A stretch of DNA of 64,000 bases, taken from positions 11,098,001 through 11,162,000 of the forward strand of contig OZ024763.1 of the NCBI GenBank assembly GCA_964016885.1. Direction: 5' to 3'. Under the pieces are notes generated by a model. The model was not told the DNA's origin, ran no database searches, and was given only the letters and a program-made list of their open reading frames with translations. The position numbers were made by a program, and so were the translations under genes. How positions within the stretch are numbered: the stretch's first letter is position 1; the number at the start of each line of letters is the position of its first letter. Below, one piece after another: positions 26,968 to 41,700 of the stretch. This stretch comes from Eledone cirrhosa. Taxonomy: Eukaryota.

Positions 26968-27611
26968 TTAAAGTCAACTAGACAGCTACCATGAAGGCCA
27001 GCTAGGTACCCAGCTAAGGTAGAGACCTCAGAGAGGTGTTACCATTAAAGTCAACTAGACAGCTACCATGAAGGCCAGCTAGGTACCCAGCTAAGGTAGA
27101 GACCTCAGATAGGTGTTACCATTAAAGTCAACTAGACAGCTACCATGAAGGCCAGCTAGGTACCCAGCTAAGGTAGAGACCTCAGAGAGGTGTTACCATT
27201 AAAGTCAACTAGACAGCTACCATGAAGGCCAGCTAGGTACCCAGCTAAGGTAGAGACCTCAGAGAAGTATTACCATTAAAGTCAACTAGACAGCTACCAT
27301 GAAGGCCAGCTAGGTACCCAGCTAAGGTAGAGACCTCAGAGAGGTATTACCATTAAAGTCAACTAGACAGCTACCATGAAGGCCAGCTAGGTACCCAGCT
27401 AAGGTAGAGACCTCAGAGAGGTATTACCATTAAAGTCAACTAGACAGCTACCATGAAGGCCAGCTAGGTACCCAGCTAAGGTAGAGACCTCAGAGAGGTA
27501 TTACCATTAAAGTCAACTAGACAGCTACCATGAAGGCCGGCTAGGTACCCAGCTAAGGTAGAGACCTCCGAGAGGTGTTACCATTAAAGTCAACTAGACA
27601 GCTACCATGAA
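26968..27611. repeat. 77-bp minisatellite, ~8 copies
   Basis: aagtcaacta recurs at 26971, 27048 and onward; highly homogeneous. Confidence 0.95.
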
Positions 27612-27957
27612 GTGTATTACTGAACCATAAAGTATCACAGTTTTATAGAGATGTGTATAATAAAATTAAATCTATAATACTTTCCTGAGATCAATAACAA
27701 ATCACTGAACATCTTAGCCAGGTAGCAATGTTGTGGGAATACCCAAAGTAGTAGAGAGAATTGTATGGTGTTATGACACCAAACATGATTTGGCGTGGTT
27801 GTGTGTGAACGGTGTAGTGGGAAATGCATCTTTAGTCATTTTATTAATGTAGTCAGAGAAAGAAATGTCAAAAACTAAGTTCGTCAGATTGTGAAACTGT
27901 AAGGTGAATTTTGTTTTATTTGAGAGAATGGGGTGCAAAACTGGGAGAAGGGGACAT

Positions 27958-28853
27958 AGGTAGACATTGTAGAGCTTACCTAGGGTAGTAAATACCAAGG
28001 TAGACATTGTAGAGCTTGTCTAGGGTGGTAAATACCAAGGTAGACATTGTAGAGCTTACCTAGGGTGGTAAATACCCAGGTACATATTGTAGAGCTTACC
28101 TAGAATGGTAAATACCCAGGTACCTATTGTAGAGCTAGCCTAGGGTGCTAAATACACAGGTACATATTGTAGAGCTAGCCTATGGTACTAAATACCCAGG
28201 TAGACATTGTAGAGCTTGTCTAGGGTGGGAAATACCCAGGTAGACATTGTAGAGCTTGTCTAGGGTGGTAAATACCCAGGTATATACTGTAGAGCTAGCC
28301 TAGGGTGGTAAATACCCAGGTTATTTTAGGGCTTACCTACAGTGGTAAATACCCAGGTATATATTGTAGAGCTAACCTAAAGTGGTAAATACCCAGGTAC
28401 GTATTATAGGACTAGACTAAGGTGGTAAATACCCAGGTATATATTGTAGAGCTAGCCTAGGGTGCTAAATACCCAGGTACACAATGTTGAACCAGCTTAA
28501 GGCATCAATACCCAGACATAACATTTAGAGCTAACCTGCAGTGCTAAATACCCAGGTACATATTATAGAGATAGTTCATGTCTCTAAATACACATTGTTG
28601 AACTAGTTTAGAGCACTAAATGCCAGAATCACATAGCCAAGGGCGCTAAATACCCAGTCACACAATGTAGAGCTAGCCGAGGGCACTGAATACCCAGGTA
28701 CATATTGTATGGCTCGCCTAGGGTACTAAATACCCAGTTTCACATAGTAGAGCTATCCTAGGGTACTAAATACCCGGTACATATTGTAGGGCTTGCCCAG
28801 AGCACTAAACACCCAGACACACAATGTAGAACTAGCCTAGGGTACTAAATACC
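27958..28853. repeat. ~40-bp minisatellite, diverging rightwards
   Basis: Unit aaatacccaggtacatattgtagagctagcctagggtggt. Confidence 0.9.
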
Positions 28854-30276
28854 ACCATCATCAGGTCAGATGGGAAATATATAGGTCCGTGCAATGCTGG
28901 TAACAGGCTCAGGCCAATTGTAACATGTAGGTCCACCTCAAAGCTTGTTATAAGCCTAGGTCAGATGTAAATGAGGCGCTTACCAAAGCTAGTACCCTTT
29001 CTATCTCATATGCACACACACACACACACATGCACACACACACGCACACTCACACGTATACACGCATGCACACAAGCACACACATATATAAATACACACA
29101 ATCACACACACATGTACAGACATACGCACACACACGCACACACATGCTAACACACAAGCACACACACATATACTAATACACACAAACACACACACATATA
29201 CTAACACACACAAACACACACATATACTAACACACACAAACACACACACATATACTAACACACACAAACACACACACATATGCTAACACACACAAACGCA
29301 CACATACACTAACACACACAAACACACACACATATGCTAACACACACAAACACACACACATATACTAACACACAAACACACACACATATGCTAACACACA
29401 CAAACACACACACATATGCTAACACACACAAACACACACACATATACTAACACACACAAACACACACACATATGCTAACACACACAAACACACACACATA
29501 TACTAACACACACAAACACAAACACATATACTAACACACACAAACACACACACATATACTAACACACACACACAAACACACACACAAACACACACACATA
29601 TGCTAACACATACAGATACAGACAACAAAAGATACACACACACTCACATATATAGTGACAAACATGTACACACCGACATACACACACCTATACACACAAC
29701 TATACGTACATATACACATCTATCCACATATCTACGCACATATACATACCTTTATACATACATATACACACCTATATACACCTATATACACCTGTACGCA
29801 CTTATACACACCTCTAAACACCTATGTACACCTACATACACACCTATAGACCTATATACACACCTACACACACCTATATACACACCTACACACACCTATA
29901 TACACACCCACACACCTACATACACACCTATAGACCTATATACTTACCTACACACACCTATATACACACCTACACACACCTATATACACACCTACACACA
30001 CCTATATACACACCCACACACCTACATACACACCCACACACCTACATACAGACCCACACACCTACATACACACCCACACACCTACATACACACCCACACA
30101 CCTACATGCACACCCACACACCTACATGCAGACCCACACCCACGCACCTATATACACACCCACGCACCTACATACACACCCATATATACAACTACACACA
30201 TATATTCACACAGAGATACACACCTACACACACACCTAGTCGATTTATCTTTACCTGTTCAGGTTTCTACTCAAAT

Positions 30277-31157
30277 ATCTGGAACAATCTGTACCCCCCT
30301 CTATCATCTGGAACAATCTGTACCCCCCTCTATCATCTGGAACAATCTGCACCCCCTCTATCATCTGGAACAATCTGTACCCCCCTCTATCATCTGGAAC
30401 AATCTGTACCCCCCTCTATCATCTGGAACAATCTGTACCCACCTCTATCATCTGGAACAATCTGTACCCCACCTCTATCATCTGGAACAATCTGTACCCA
30501 CCTCTATCATTTGGAACAATCTGTACCCCCTCTATCATCTGGAACAATCTGTACCCACCTCTATCATCTGGAACAATCTGTACCCCACCTCTATCATCTG
30601 GAACAATCTGTACCCACCTCTATCATCTGGAACAATCTGTACCCCCCTCTATCATCTGGAACAATCTGTACCCACCTCTATCATCTGGAACAATCTGTAC
30701 CCCCCTCTATCATCTGGAACAATCTGTACCCCCCCCCCCCCCTCTATCATCTGGAACAATCTGTACCCTCCTCTATCATCTGGAACAATCTGTACCCCGC
30801 CTCTATCCTCTGGAACAATCTGTACCCCGCCCTCTATCATCTGGAACAATCTGTACCCCGCCTCTATCATCTGGAACAATCTGTACCCCGCCTCTATCAT
30901 CTGGAACAATCTGTACCCCGCCTCTATCATCTGGAACAATCTGTACCCCCCTCTATCATCTGGAACAATCTGTACCCCGCCTCTATCATCTGGAACAATC
31001 TGTACACCCCCTCTATCATCTGGAACAATTTGTACCCCCCCCCCCTCTATCATCTGGAACAATCTGTACCCCGCCTCTATCATCTGGAACAATCTGTACT
31101 CCACCTCTATCAACTGGAACAATCTGTCGCCACTCTCTATCATCTGGAACAATCTGT
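30277..31157. repeat. ~29-30-bp minisatellite with variable C run
   Basis: Unit ctctatcatctggaacaatctgtac(c)n. Confidence 0.95.
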
Positions 31158-31592
31158 AGCCATCTCCCCACTCTCTCTTTCTCTCTATCTCAATAACTCT
31201 TTCTCTCTTTTACTCCTCTCTCTCTCTCTATATATATATATATCTTTTACTCCCTCTCTATATATATTATTCTATCTTTTACTGTCCTCTTTCTCTCTAC
31301 TCTTTCCCCCTCTCTACTCTTTACCCCTCTCGCCCTCTTTCTCTCCGTCTCCCTCTCTATCATTAACCCCCCCCCCTTTCTATCTCTGATATTGAAATAT
31401 TCTTTCTACCTTCATTTTCAACTCGATTCACAATTCTCTCACCCTCTCCCTCTCTCGCACTCTTTCTTTCTCTATCTCCCTCTCATTCTTTCTCTATCTC
31501 TCTCTCTTTCTTTCTCCCTCTCACGCACTCTTTCTTTCTCTATCTCCCTCTCATTCTTTCTCTATCTCTCTCTCTTTCTTTCTCCCCCCCCC

Positions 31593-31624
<32 letters not shown>

Positions 31625-31785
31625 TATTGTTTCTCACTGTTCTTTCTCTATCTCTCTTATTTCTCTCTCTTCTTTCTCCCTCTTCTCTTCTGTCTATCAG
31701 TTTATCACCCTCTCTCTCTTTCTTTATTTCGCTCTTTTTTCTCTTTTGTTCCTTCTATTCTCTCTCTTTCTTTCTCCGTTTCTAC

Positions 31786-31833
<48 letters not shown>

Positions 31834-32417
31834 AGTTACTGCTGTTACTGTCATCGTTGTTCTTGTTGTTGGTGTTGTTGTACTGCTGCTGTTGACATTG
31901 TTACTGTTGTTGGTGTTACTGGTACTGCTGTTACTGTTGTCGTTGTTGCAGTTGCTAGTGTTGTTGTTGTTGTTATCACTGCTGCAGCTGTCGCTGTTGT
32001 CATTGTTGCTGCTGCTGTTGTCACTGCTGCTGCTGTTCTTGTTACTGCTGCTGCTGCTGTTCTTGTTACTGCTGCTCTCGTTGTTGTCGTTGTTGTTGCT
32101 GCTCTTGTTTTTGTTACAGCCGCTGCTGTTGGTGTTGTTACTGCTGTAACTGTTGCTGTTGTTGTTGTTACTGCTGCTGTTGTTGTTGTTATTACTGTTG
32201 TTGTTGTTATTACTGCTGTTGTTGTTGTTATTACTGCTGTTGTTATTACTGCTGTTGTTGTTGTTTTTATTACTGCTGTTGTTGTTATTACTGCTTTTGT
32301 TGTTGTTATTACTGCTGTTGTCGTTGTTATTACTGCTGTTGTTGTTGTTATTACTGCTGTTGTTATCACTGCTGTTGTTGTTGTTGTTATTAGTGCTGCT
32401 GTTGTCGTTGTTATTAC

Positions 32418-32449
<32 letters not shown>

Positions 32450-32699
32450 CTATAGTAGTTTACCGCACGGATACCAGTAATATACTGGGATAGTATCAGT
32501 TCGTTAACTCAGACATTTTAGGGCACAAGACCTCCGAGGGAGATTTTACTGCTATTTCTATTTGTCACGGTTACTTACCACATACTAGTACCAGTAATAC
32601 ACGTGGTGCATCAGTTGGCTATATCGAACTTTCTCTCTGCACAAAAAGGCCTCCTTATGTTTGACGAAAGACAAACCTGTTATCTTATATACATCCAGT

Positions 32700-33310
32700 G
32701 AATATCTAATTAGCTACTATCACAGCCAGGTAATACAATACAATTTAGTATTATCCGTGTGAATATCCAATTTGCTTTTAACACAGACAAATATTGCAGT
32801 ATTATCCTATGTCGTGTAAATATCCAATTAGCTATTAGCACAGATATTGCAGTATAACTTAGTATTATCCCGTGTCGTGTAAATACCCAATTAGCTATTA
32901 ACACAGACAGATATTGCAGTATAACTTAGTATTATCCCGTGTCGTGTAAATACCCAATTAGCTATTAACACAGACAGATATTGCAGTATAACTTAGTATT
33001 ATCCTGTGTCGTGTAAATATCCAATTAACTACCAATACAACCAGATATTGCAGCACAATTTAGTATTACCCCGTGTCGTGTGAATGTCCGATTGGCTACT
33101 GACACAGCTAGATATTGCAGCACAATTTAGTATTATCCCGTGTCGTGTGAATATCTTATTAGCTATTAACACAGCCATGTGAAGCGATACAATTTAGTAT
33201 TATCCCGTGCGAAACAATTTAGTATTATCCCGTGTGAAACACGGTGAGATATTGCAGTACAATTTAGTATTATCCCGTGTCGTGTGAATATCCAATTAGC
33301 TGCTAACACC
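32700..33310. repeat. ~67-bp degenerate minisatellite
   Basis: agtattatcccgtgtcgtgtaaatacccaattagcta recurs at 32861, 32928 and onward. Confidence 0.85.
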
Positions 33311-33398
33311 GCCAGGTAAGGCATATCGTGTTAATACGATGCAACAATTAGAGTTAAATCTATATATTTGTCTGTCTATCAGTCACTCTGGCTCGTTG

Positions 33399-33444
<46 letters not shown>

Positions 33445-33664
33445 TATGTAAGTATAAACTAATATATATGATGAAACACAGATACCAACACATCTGTATT
33501 TATATTGCAAAAGAAAAAAATCATATATATTAGTTTATACACAGCTCAGGGGTATTTCCTCCTTCGAGCTAATTCCATTGTAAAAGAATTCATTACACTT
33601 AATAATATATATGTAAGTATGTATGTATACGTACATACATATATGTATACAGACGTACATCAGC

Positions 33665-33713
<49 letters not shown>

Positions 33714-33867
33714 CATACAGGCACACATATATATATGCACGTATCAGTTTACTGAACATTTATTGTAATGTTCGCTTTGTTCGTTTGTAAACAAACGAAC
33801 AGCCTGATATACGCTGTACGGTGTTTAGGCAACCAGGTCACCTTTTTGTTCAACACTGACACAGGAA

Positions 33868-33908
33868 CGAAGTACTAGTTTCAAGCTTGTTAGCTATCGT
33901 CAGCACCG
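33868..33908 (-). ncRNA. Minimal hammerhead (family D), intact core
   Basis: Minus strand: cggtg-CTGACGA-tagct-aaca-agctt-GAAA-ctag-TA-cttcg; 1-bp helix III with palindromic CUAG loop. Confidence 0.78.
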
Positions 33909-34216
33909 TATACCTTTCTGCCAGATGGTTGAACGTCCGAAAGTATATACTTTCCTTATGAAAATTAACGGCTGAGCAGCCTAATTTGCATATCGAGTGA
34001 GTTCAGTCGGCCAGGCGCACCGAAAACGATAAATGGAATAGAATGAAACAAAATTTCATTTCTCACTCTTAGTACGGCACTTACTTAAATGTAAGTATGT
34101 ATGTATACGTACATACATATATGTATACAGACGTACAGCAGCATGTATATGCAAATTAGGCTGCTCAGCCGTTAATTTTCATAAGGAAAGTATATACTTA
34201 TTATACATTTACAAAC

Positions 34217-34260
<44 letters not shown>

Positions 34261-34775
34261 GTATATATATATGTATATATAAGTATATATGTATATATAA
34301 GTATATATGTATATATATGTATATATATGTATATATATGTATATATATATGTATATATGTATGTATATATGTATATATATATGTATATATATATGTATAT
34401 ATATATATGTATATGTGTATGTATATATATATATGTATATATGTATATGTGTATGTATATATATATATGTATATATGTATATGTGTATGTATATATATAT
34501 ATGTATATATGTATATGTGTATGTATATATATATATGTATATGTATATATGTATATGTGTATGTATATATATATATATATATATACATGTATATATATAT
34601 ATATATATATACATGTATATATATGTATATATTTATTTATATATGTATATATGTGTATGTATATACATATACATGTATATATATGTATATATTTATTTAT
34701 ATATGTATATATGTGTATGTATATACATATACATATATACATGTATATATATGTATATATTTATCTATATACATG

Positions 34776-34808
<33 letters not shown>

Positions 34809-35148
34809 TTGTGTATTTATAGATGCATATGTATATATAAATATACATACATACATATATATATATATACACGCAAATACATATTTATATGCATACATAT
34901 ACACACACATTTATATTTATATATGTGTGTGTGTGTATGTTTTGTCTGTGTCTGTGTGTGTGCACACATGTGACTGTGTAATATATGCCTGGGTAATTGA
35001 ATAGTCGCAGACTTCTCCAGACGACGTATTATGGTAATAGCAGCATTGAGAAGCTACCTGCGCAATAAGAAAGTGGATATTCACACGGCCTATTAGAGTG
35101 CTTGCATGTAAACAGAATTTGTTTAAGCCTTTCGTTATCACATTTATC

Positions 35149-37897
35149 ACACTGTCTATGTCATTAACCCTTTCATTACCATATTTCTAATGAAAGACAC
35201 TGTCTATGTCATTAACCCTTTCATTACCATTTTTCTAATGAAAGACACTGTCTATGTCATTAACCCTTTCATTACCATATTTCTAATGAAAGACACTGTC
35301 TATGTCATTAACCCTTTCATTACCATATTTCTAATGAAAGACACTATCTATGTCATTAACCCTTTCATTACCATATTTCTAATGAAAGACACTATCTATG
35401 TCATTAACCCTTTCATTACCATATTTCTAATGAAAGACACTATCTATGTCATTAACCCTTTCATTACCATATTTCTAATGAAAGACACTATCTATGTCAT
35501 TAACCCTTTCATTACCATTTTTCTAATGAAAGACACTGTCTATGTCATTAACCCTTTCATTACCATATATCTAATGAAAGACACTGTCTCTGTCATTAAC
35601 CCTTTCATTACCATATATCTAATGAAAGACACTGTCTCTGTCATTAACCCTTTCATTACCATATATCTAATGAAAGACACTGTCTCTGTCATTAACCCTT
35701 TCATTACCATATTTCTAATGAAAGACACTGTCTCTGTCATTAACCCTTTCATTACCATATTTCTAATGAAAGACACTGTCTATGTCATTAACCCTTTCAT
35801 TACCATATATCTAATGAAAGACACTGTCTCTGTCATTAACCCTTTCATTACCATATATCTAATGAAAGACACTGTCTCTGTCATTAACCCTTTCATTACC
35901 ATATTTCTAATGAAAGACACTGTCTATGTCTTTAACCATTTCACTACTATATATATAATGAAAGACACTGTCTATGTCATTAACCATTTCATTACCATAT
36001 TTCTAATGAAAGACACTGTCTATGTCATTAACCATTTCACTACCATATTTCTAATGTAAGACACTGTCTATGTCATTAACCATTTCATTACCATATTTCT
36101 AATGAAAGACACTGTCTATGTCATTAACCATTTCACTACCATATTTCTAATGAAAGACACTGTCTATGTCATTAACCCTGTCATTACCATATTTCTAATG
36201 AAAGACACTGTCTATGTCATTAACCATTTCACTACTATATTTCTAATGAAAGACACTGTCTATGTCTTTAACCATTTCACTACTATATTTCTAATGAAAG
36301 ACACTGTCTATGTCATTAACCATTTCACTACTATATTTCTAATGAAAGACACTGTCTATGTCTTTAACCCTTTCACTACTATATTTCTAATGAAAGACAC
36401 TGTCTGTCATTAACCATTTCACTACTATATTTCTAATGAAAGACACTGTCTATGTCTTTAACCCTTTCATTACTATATTTCTAATGAAAGACACTGTCTA
36501 TGTCATTAACCATTTCACTACTATATTTCTAATGAAAGACACTATCTATGTCATTAACCATTTCACTACTATATTTCTAATGAAAGACACTGTCTATGTC
36601 ATTAACCCTTTCATTACCATATTTCTAATGAAAGACACTCTCTATGTCATTAACCATTTCACTACTATATTTCTAATGAAAGACACTGTCTATGTCTTTA
36701 ACCCTTTCATTACTATATTTCTAATGAAAGACACTGTCTATGTCTTTAACCCTTTCATTACTATATTTCTAATGAAAGACACTGCCTATGTCATTAACCA
36801 TTTCACTACTATATTTCTAATGAAAGACACTCTCTATGTCATTAACCATTTCACTACTATATTTCTAATGAAAGACACTGTCTATGTCATTAACCCTTTC
36901 ATTACCATATTTCTAATGAAAGACACTCTCTATGTCATTAACCATTTCACTACTATATTTCTAATGAAAGACACTGTCTATGTCATTAACCATTTCACTA
37001 CTATATTTCTAATGAAAGACACTGTCTATGTCTTTAACCCTTTCACTACTATATTTCTAATGAAAGACACTGTCTATGTCATTAACCATTTCACTACTAT
37101 ATTTCTAATGAAAGACACTGTCTATGTCTTTAACCCTTTCACTACTATATTTCTAATGAAAGACACTGTCTATGTCTTTAACCCTTTCACTACTATATTT
37201 CTAATGAAAGACACTGTCTATGTCATTAACCATTTCACTACTATATTTCTAATGAAAGACACTGTCTATGTCTTTAACCCTTTCACTACTATATTTCTAA
37301 TGAAAGACACTGTCTATGTCATTAACCATTTCACTACTATATTTCTAATGAAAGACACTGTCTATGTCTTTAACCCTTTCATTACTATATTTCTAATGAA
37401 AGACACTGTCTATGTCATTAACCATTTCACTACCATATTTCTAATGAAAGACACTGTCTATGTCATTAACTATTTCACTACCATATTTCTAATGAAAGAC
37501 ACTGTCTATGTCATTAACTCTTTCATTACCATATTTCTAATGAAAGACCCTGTCTATGTCATTAACCCTTTCATTACCATATATCTAATGAAATACACTG
37601 TCTATGTCATTAACCCTTTCATTACCATATTTCTAATGAAAGACACTGTCTATGTCTTTAACCCTTTCATTACCATATTTCTAATGAAAGACACTGTCTA
37701 TGTCATTAAACCTCTCATTACCATATTTCTAATGAAAGACACTGTCTATGTCATTAACCCTTTCATTACCATATTTCTAATGAAAGACACTGTCTATGTC
37801 TTTAACCCTTTCATTACCATATTTCTAATGAAAGACACTGTCTATGTCATTAACCCTTTCATTACCATATTTCTAATGAAAGACACTGTCTATGTCA
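35149..37897. repeat. 48-bp satellite, ~57 copies
   Basis: Unit tcattaaccctttcattaccatatttctaatgaaagacactgtctatg. Confidence 0.97.
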
Positions 37898-37995
37898 CAC
37901 GAAAGCTTTTTTTTTTATAAATGTAATATGATTGGTTATAAATGAAATTATGGCTGTCACGTGAACAAGTTCATTAAATTTCGCGCCTGTATATA

Positions 37996-38776
37996 TCTAT
38001 ATATTAATTTCAAGAATGTCATTATTCCGTGTGTCACAATTCTCGATTATCATTGGTTCATAGGTTTCAAACGACTCCGCCCACCTCCACGACGCCAAAC
38101 TTAAATTAATATGCATAATGCCAATGAGGGAGTGAGAGGGGAGAGTAAGAAACAGAGAGGCAAAGTGAACGCTGTAACTATTACCATGTGTGCGTGTGTA
38201 TGTACATGCGCGTATGCTTATGTGTGTGTGTGTGCGTGCAGCGTTCCACAGAAAGTAAAAGCAATTCGACTTTATCAAACAGTGAACTACAGCGGCGACG
38301 GAGTGCAGTCAGGAATGAAGAAAAACGGGCCGAACAGCGCCATCGGAACGTCAAACTTCAGAGGCGAAGACGTGCCGCCATGAATGAAGAGGAGCTGGCT
38401 GAACAACGCCAACGAAACATTGGAGCCAAGCAGCGTCGGCGTGCTGCGTTGGTTGAAGACGAACTGGCTGAACATCATCTTTTACAGCCACGTCTATGCA
38501 ATGATACACGTTTTACAGTCAGGCAGAAGATGAACCATCTCCTAGAGGTCACTCTTCTAGGTGGGAGCACCTAGAATTGTTCATATGCAATGCACAAACG
38601 GTACAACGAAGAATCTGGTATATCTGGAAGATTTTTTAAAACTGTTTTTTGTATCGCACAGACACCACGGACTAGCCTCATACTGTAACCAGACAAACAT
38701 CCAATACAGTCATGTTCTCTTTTACCTGTCTTCTCTTATCATCTGTTTACCCGGGCGAAGCTGGGTACGTCAGCTA

Positions 38777-38777
<1 letters not shown>
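37996..38777 (+). mobile_element. Non-autonomous Helitron
   Basis: 5' A|TC, 3' hairpin acccgg..ctgggt then CTAG|T; internal Pif1-helicase remnants (QPRLCNDTRFTV..LEVTLLGG; TKNLVY). Confidence 0.85.
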
Positions 38778-38820
<43 letters not shown>

Positions 38821-38843
38821 ATAATATATATATATATATATAA

Positions 38844-39110
38844 TCTTAGTGTTAGATTCTTCCGCGCCGTTCGGCGCATTGAGCATTAAGAACTCGCCAA
38901 CCGTCACGATCAACAGCAACTTTTTCGAGACCGTTCCAGGTGATGTTGGCTGCCATCAGGTTCAGGTCCTTCTGGAACGTTCGTCGCCAGGTGATCCTTG
39001 GGCAACCCCGCCTCCGTTTACCGCCAGGCGGAGTCCAGTTCATCGCTGTTTTCGAATGCCGTTCATTTGGAAGACGCAGAATATGGCCAGCCAGACAGAA
39101 CCGACGCACC
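38844..39110 (-). mobile_element. 5'-truncated RTE copy (same family as 4785-8022)
   Basis: LAGHILRLPNERHSKTAMNWTPPGGKRRRGCPRITWRRT; 3' end matches 4785-5045. Confidence 0.9.
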
Positions 39111-40261
39111 ATATATATATATAATTGTTTCTACTTTTGGCACAAGGCCAGCAATTACCCAGTGCATTACTGGTACTTTATTTTATCGACCCCGTAAGGA
39201 TGAAAGGCAAAGTTAAACTCGGCGGGATTTGAACTCAGAATGGCAAGGGCCGTAACTCTATGCGTCAAAGCATGGCGTCCGACCCTCTACCGACCCTCTA
39301 TAATATATTTATACAATATATATATATAATATACATATTTATTAAAATAACAGATTAAAGTTTAAGCAAAGAATCGCTGCTTTCACCCTTAACGGGATCT
39401 TCTGAAACTCAAAAAAATCAATCTGTGAACGCAGAAGTAAATATTTCGAAAAACGTTGCAACCGAACGAAAACAGGAAGACAATATTTTGGTTCGTGAAG
39501 ACGTTCCCTGGCAAAGAACGGAAGAAAGCGAAGATAATACGTCATTATATGGAGCGTTGAGAACAAATACACGCAAAGACAAAACCGCGTTTATGGTATA
39601 AATATTCTTTTTAGGAAACCGAATGATTCTCGGCTTCAGAGTTAAGAATAATTGTTTCTACTTTTGGCACAAGGCCAGCAATTACCCAATGCATTACTGG
39701 TACTTTATTTTATCGACCCCGTAAGGATGAAAGGCAAAGTTAACCTCGGCGTCGGTTAAAATATTTTATAACTAACAAATAATTTATCGCTCTACATGGC
39801 TGAATACAATAAATTTAATCTGAGTTTTTCGAATATCAATAATGATATTCGATTCGTTTGCAATTATGCAAACAGCCTCTTTAAGCCATGTCAGTAGAAT
39901 GACCCCATCATTCTTGCCCTTGTGTTGGCATGTAAACAAACAGCTCGAATTAAGCCGTACAGTGAAACTAGTGAAACTAGTTCATATTTCCTTTGTCAGT
40001 GTTGAACAAAAGGGCGACGATGGTTGCCGAACACTGTACGGCTTAATTCAGGCTGTTTGTTTACAAACAAACCGAACATTATAATAAATGTTCGGTAAAC
40101 CCATACGTACATATATATATATATATATGTGTGTGCATGTATGTATATATATATACATACTACTGTACGTCTGTATATATATATGTATGTACGTATACAT
40201 ACTTACATTTAAGTATCAACCGTACTAAGAGGGGGAAATGAAATTTCGTTTCATTCTTTTC

Positions 40262-40294
<33 letters not shown>

Positions 40295-40297
<3 letters not shown>

Positions 40298-40458
40298 TAA
40301 AAGGAAAAGAAAATGGTGACAAATTTTTCCCAGTGAAAAATAGTTTAATTAGGAATAAGTATTGGTTAGTATTCAGTTTTAGTTTTAAGTTTTTACCGGT
40401 TGTGCATTTCTAATTCTTTTCAAAAATAATTTTGAGATAGAGCGCTCGTGATGTTTGC

Positions 40459-40462
<4 letters not shown>
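40295..40462 (-). mobile_element. Family G (TA)n-inserted repeat, inverse copy of 1088-1272
   Basis: Shared ttagagcaaa.atcacg..gctctatctcaaaattatttttgaaaag...accggtaaaa. Confidence 0.75.
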
Positions 40463-40501
<39 letters not shown>

Positions 40502-40974
40502 ATATTATATATATACAGTATATATATTCACAAACACACATCCATATGTGTGTTTGTGAATATATATGTGTCTGCCTGTTTCTGTGTGTGTGTGTATGTG
40601 GGTGTGTGTGTATGTGAGTGTGTACGTGTGTATGAATGTGTGTACATGTATGTCTGCCTGTTTCTGTGTGTGTATATGTGAGTGTGTATATGTATGTCTG
40701 CCTGTTTCTGTGTGTGTATATGTGAGTGTGTGTGTGTATGTATATGTGAGTGTGTGTATGTGTGTGTGTGTATGTGTGTGTATATGTGAGTGTGTGTGTG
40801 TGTGAGCCGATTCTCTGTAGATTCCATCTGGTGTAGTGTTGTATATAGAATCAATAACTGTATTTCTGGTATCGAGAGAGATCGATATATGTGAGGAGAG
40901 ATCTCACTTTGGTTCAGAGAGATATCTAACGTCTCCAGCATTCACCTCCGACTGCTCTTGTTTTACTCTCCATA

Positions 40975-41037
40975 TCACACACTGACACACACACACACAC
41001 ACACTGACACACACACACACTGACACACACACACACT

Positions 41038-41134
<97 letters not shown>

Positions 41135-41149
41135 ACACACACACACACT

Positions 41150-41184
<35 letters not shown>

Positions 41185-41207
41185 ACACACACACTGACAC
41201 ACACACT

Positions 41208-41288
<81 letters not shown>

Positions 41289-41700
41289 ACACACACACAG
41301 ACACACACACACACACACTGACACACACAGACACACACACACACACTGACACACACACACACGCACACTGACACACACACACACGCACACTGACACACAC
41401 ACACTGACACACACACTGACACACACACACACTGACACACACACAGACACACACACTGACACACACACACACTGACACACACACAGACACACACACAGAC
41501 ACACACACACACACACACACTGACACACACACTGACACACACGCACACTGACACCCCCCCCCACACACACACACTGACACACACACACACACACTGACAC
41601 ACACACACACACACTGACACATACACACACACTGACACACACACACACTGACACACACACTGACACATACACACACACGCACACACACAGGCAGATACAC
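40975..41700. repeat. (CA)n tract punctuated by CTGA
   Basis: Directly visible. Confidence 0.9.

Noticed and set aside
30277-31157. CRISPR-like ~29-bp repeats (also the 41- and 77-bp arrays)
   Set aside because: No unique spacers, no cas genes, eukaryotic context.
35190-37920. Long ORFs (289 and 494 aa) of MKDTVYVINPFITIFL repeats
   Set aside because: A 48-bp unit is divisible by 3 and lacks stops in one frame; the array has a stop and a frameshift and no unique domain.
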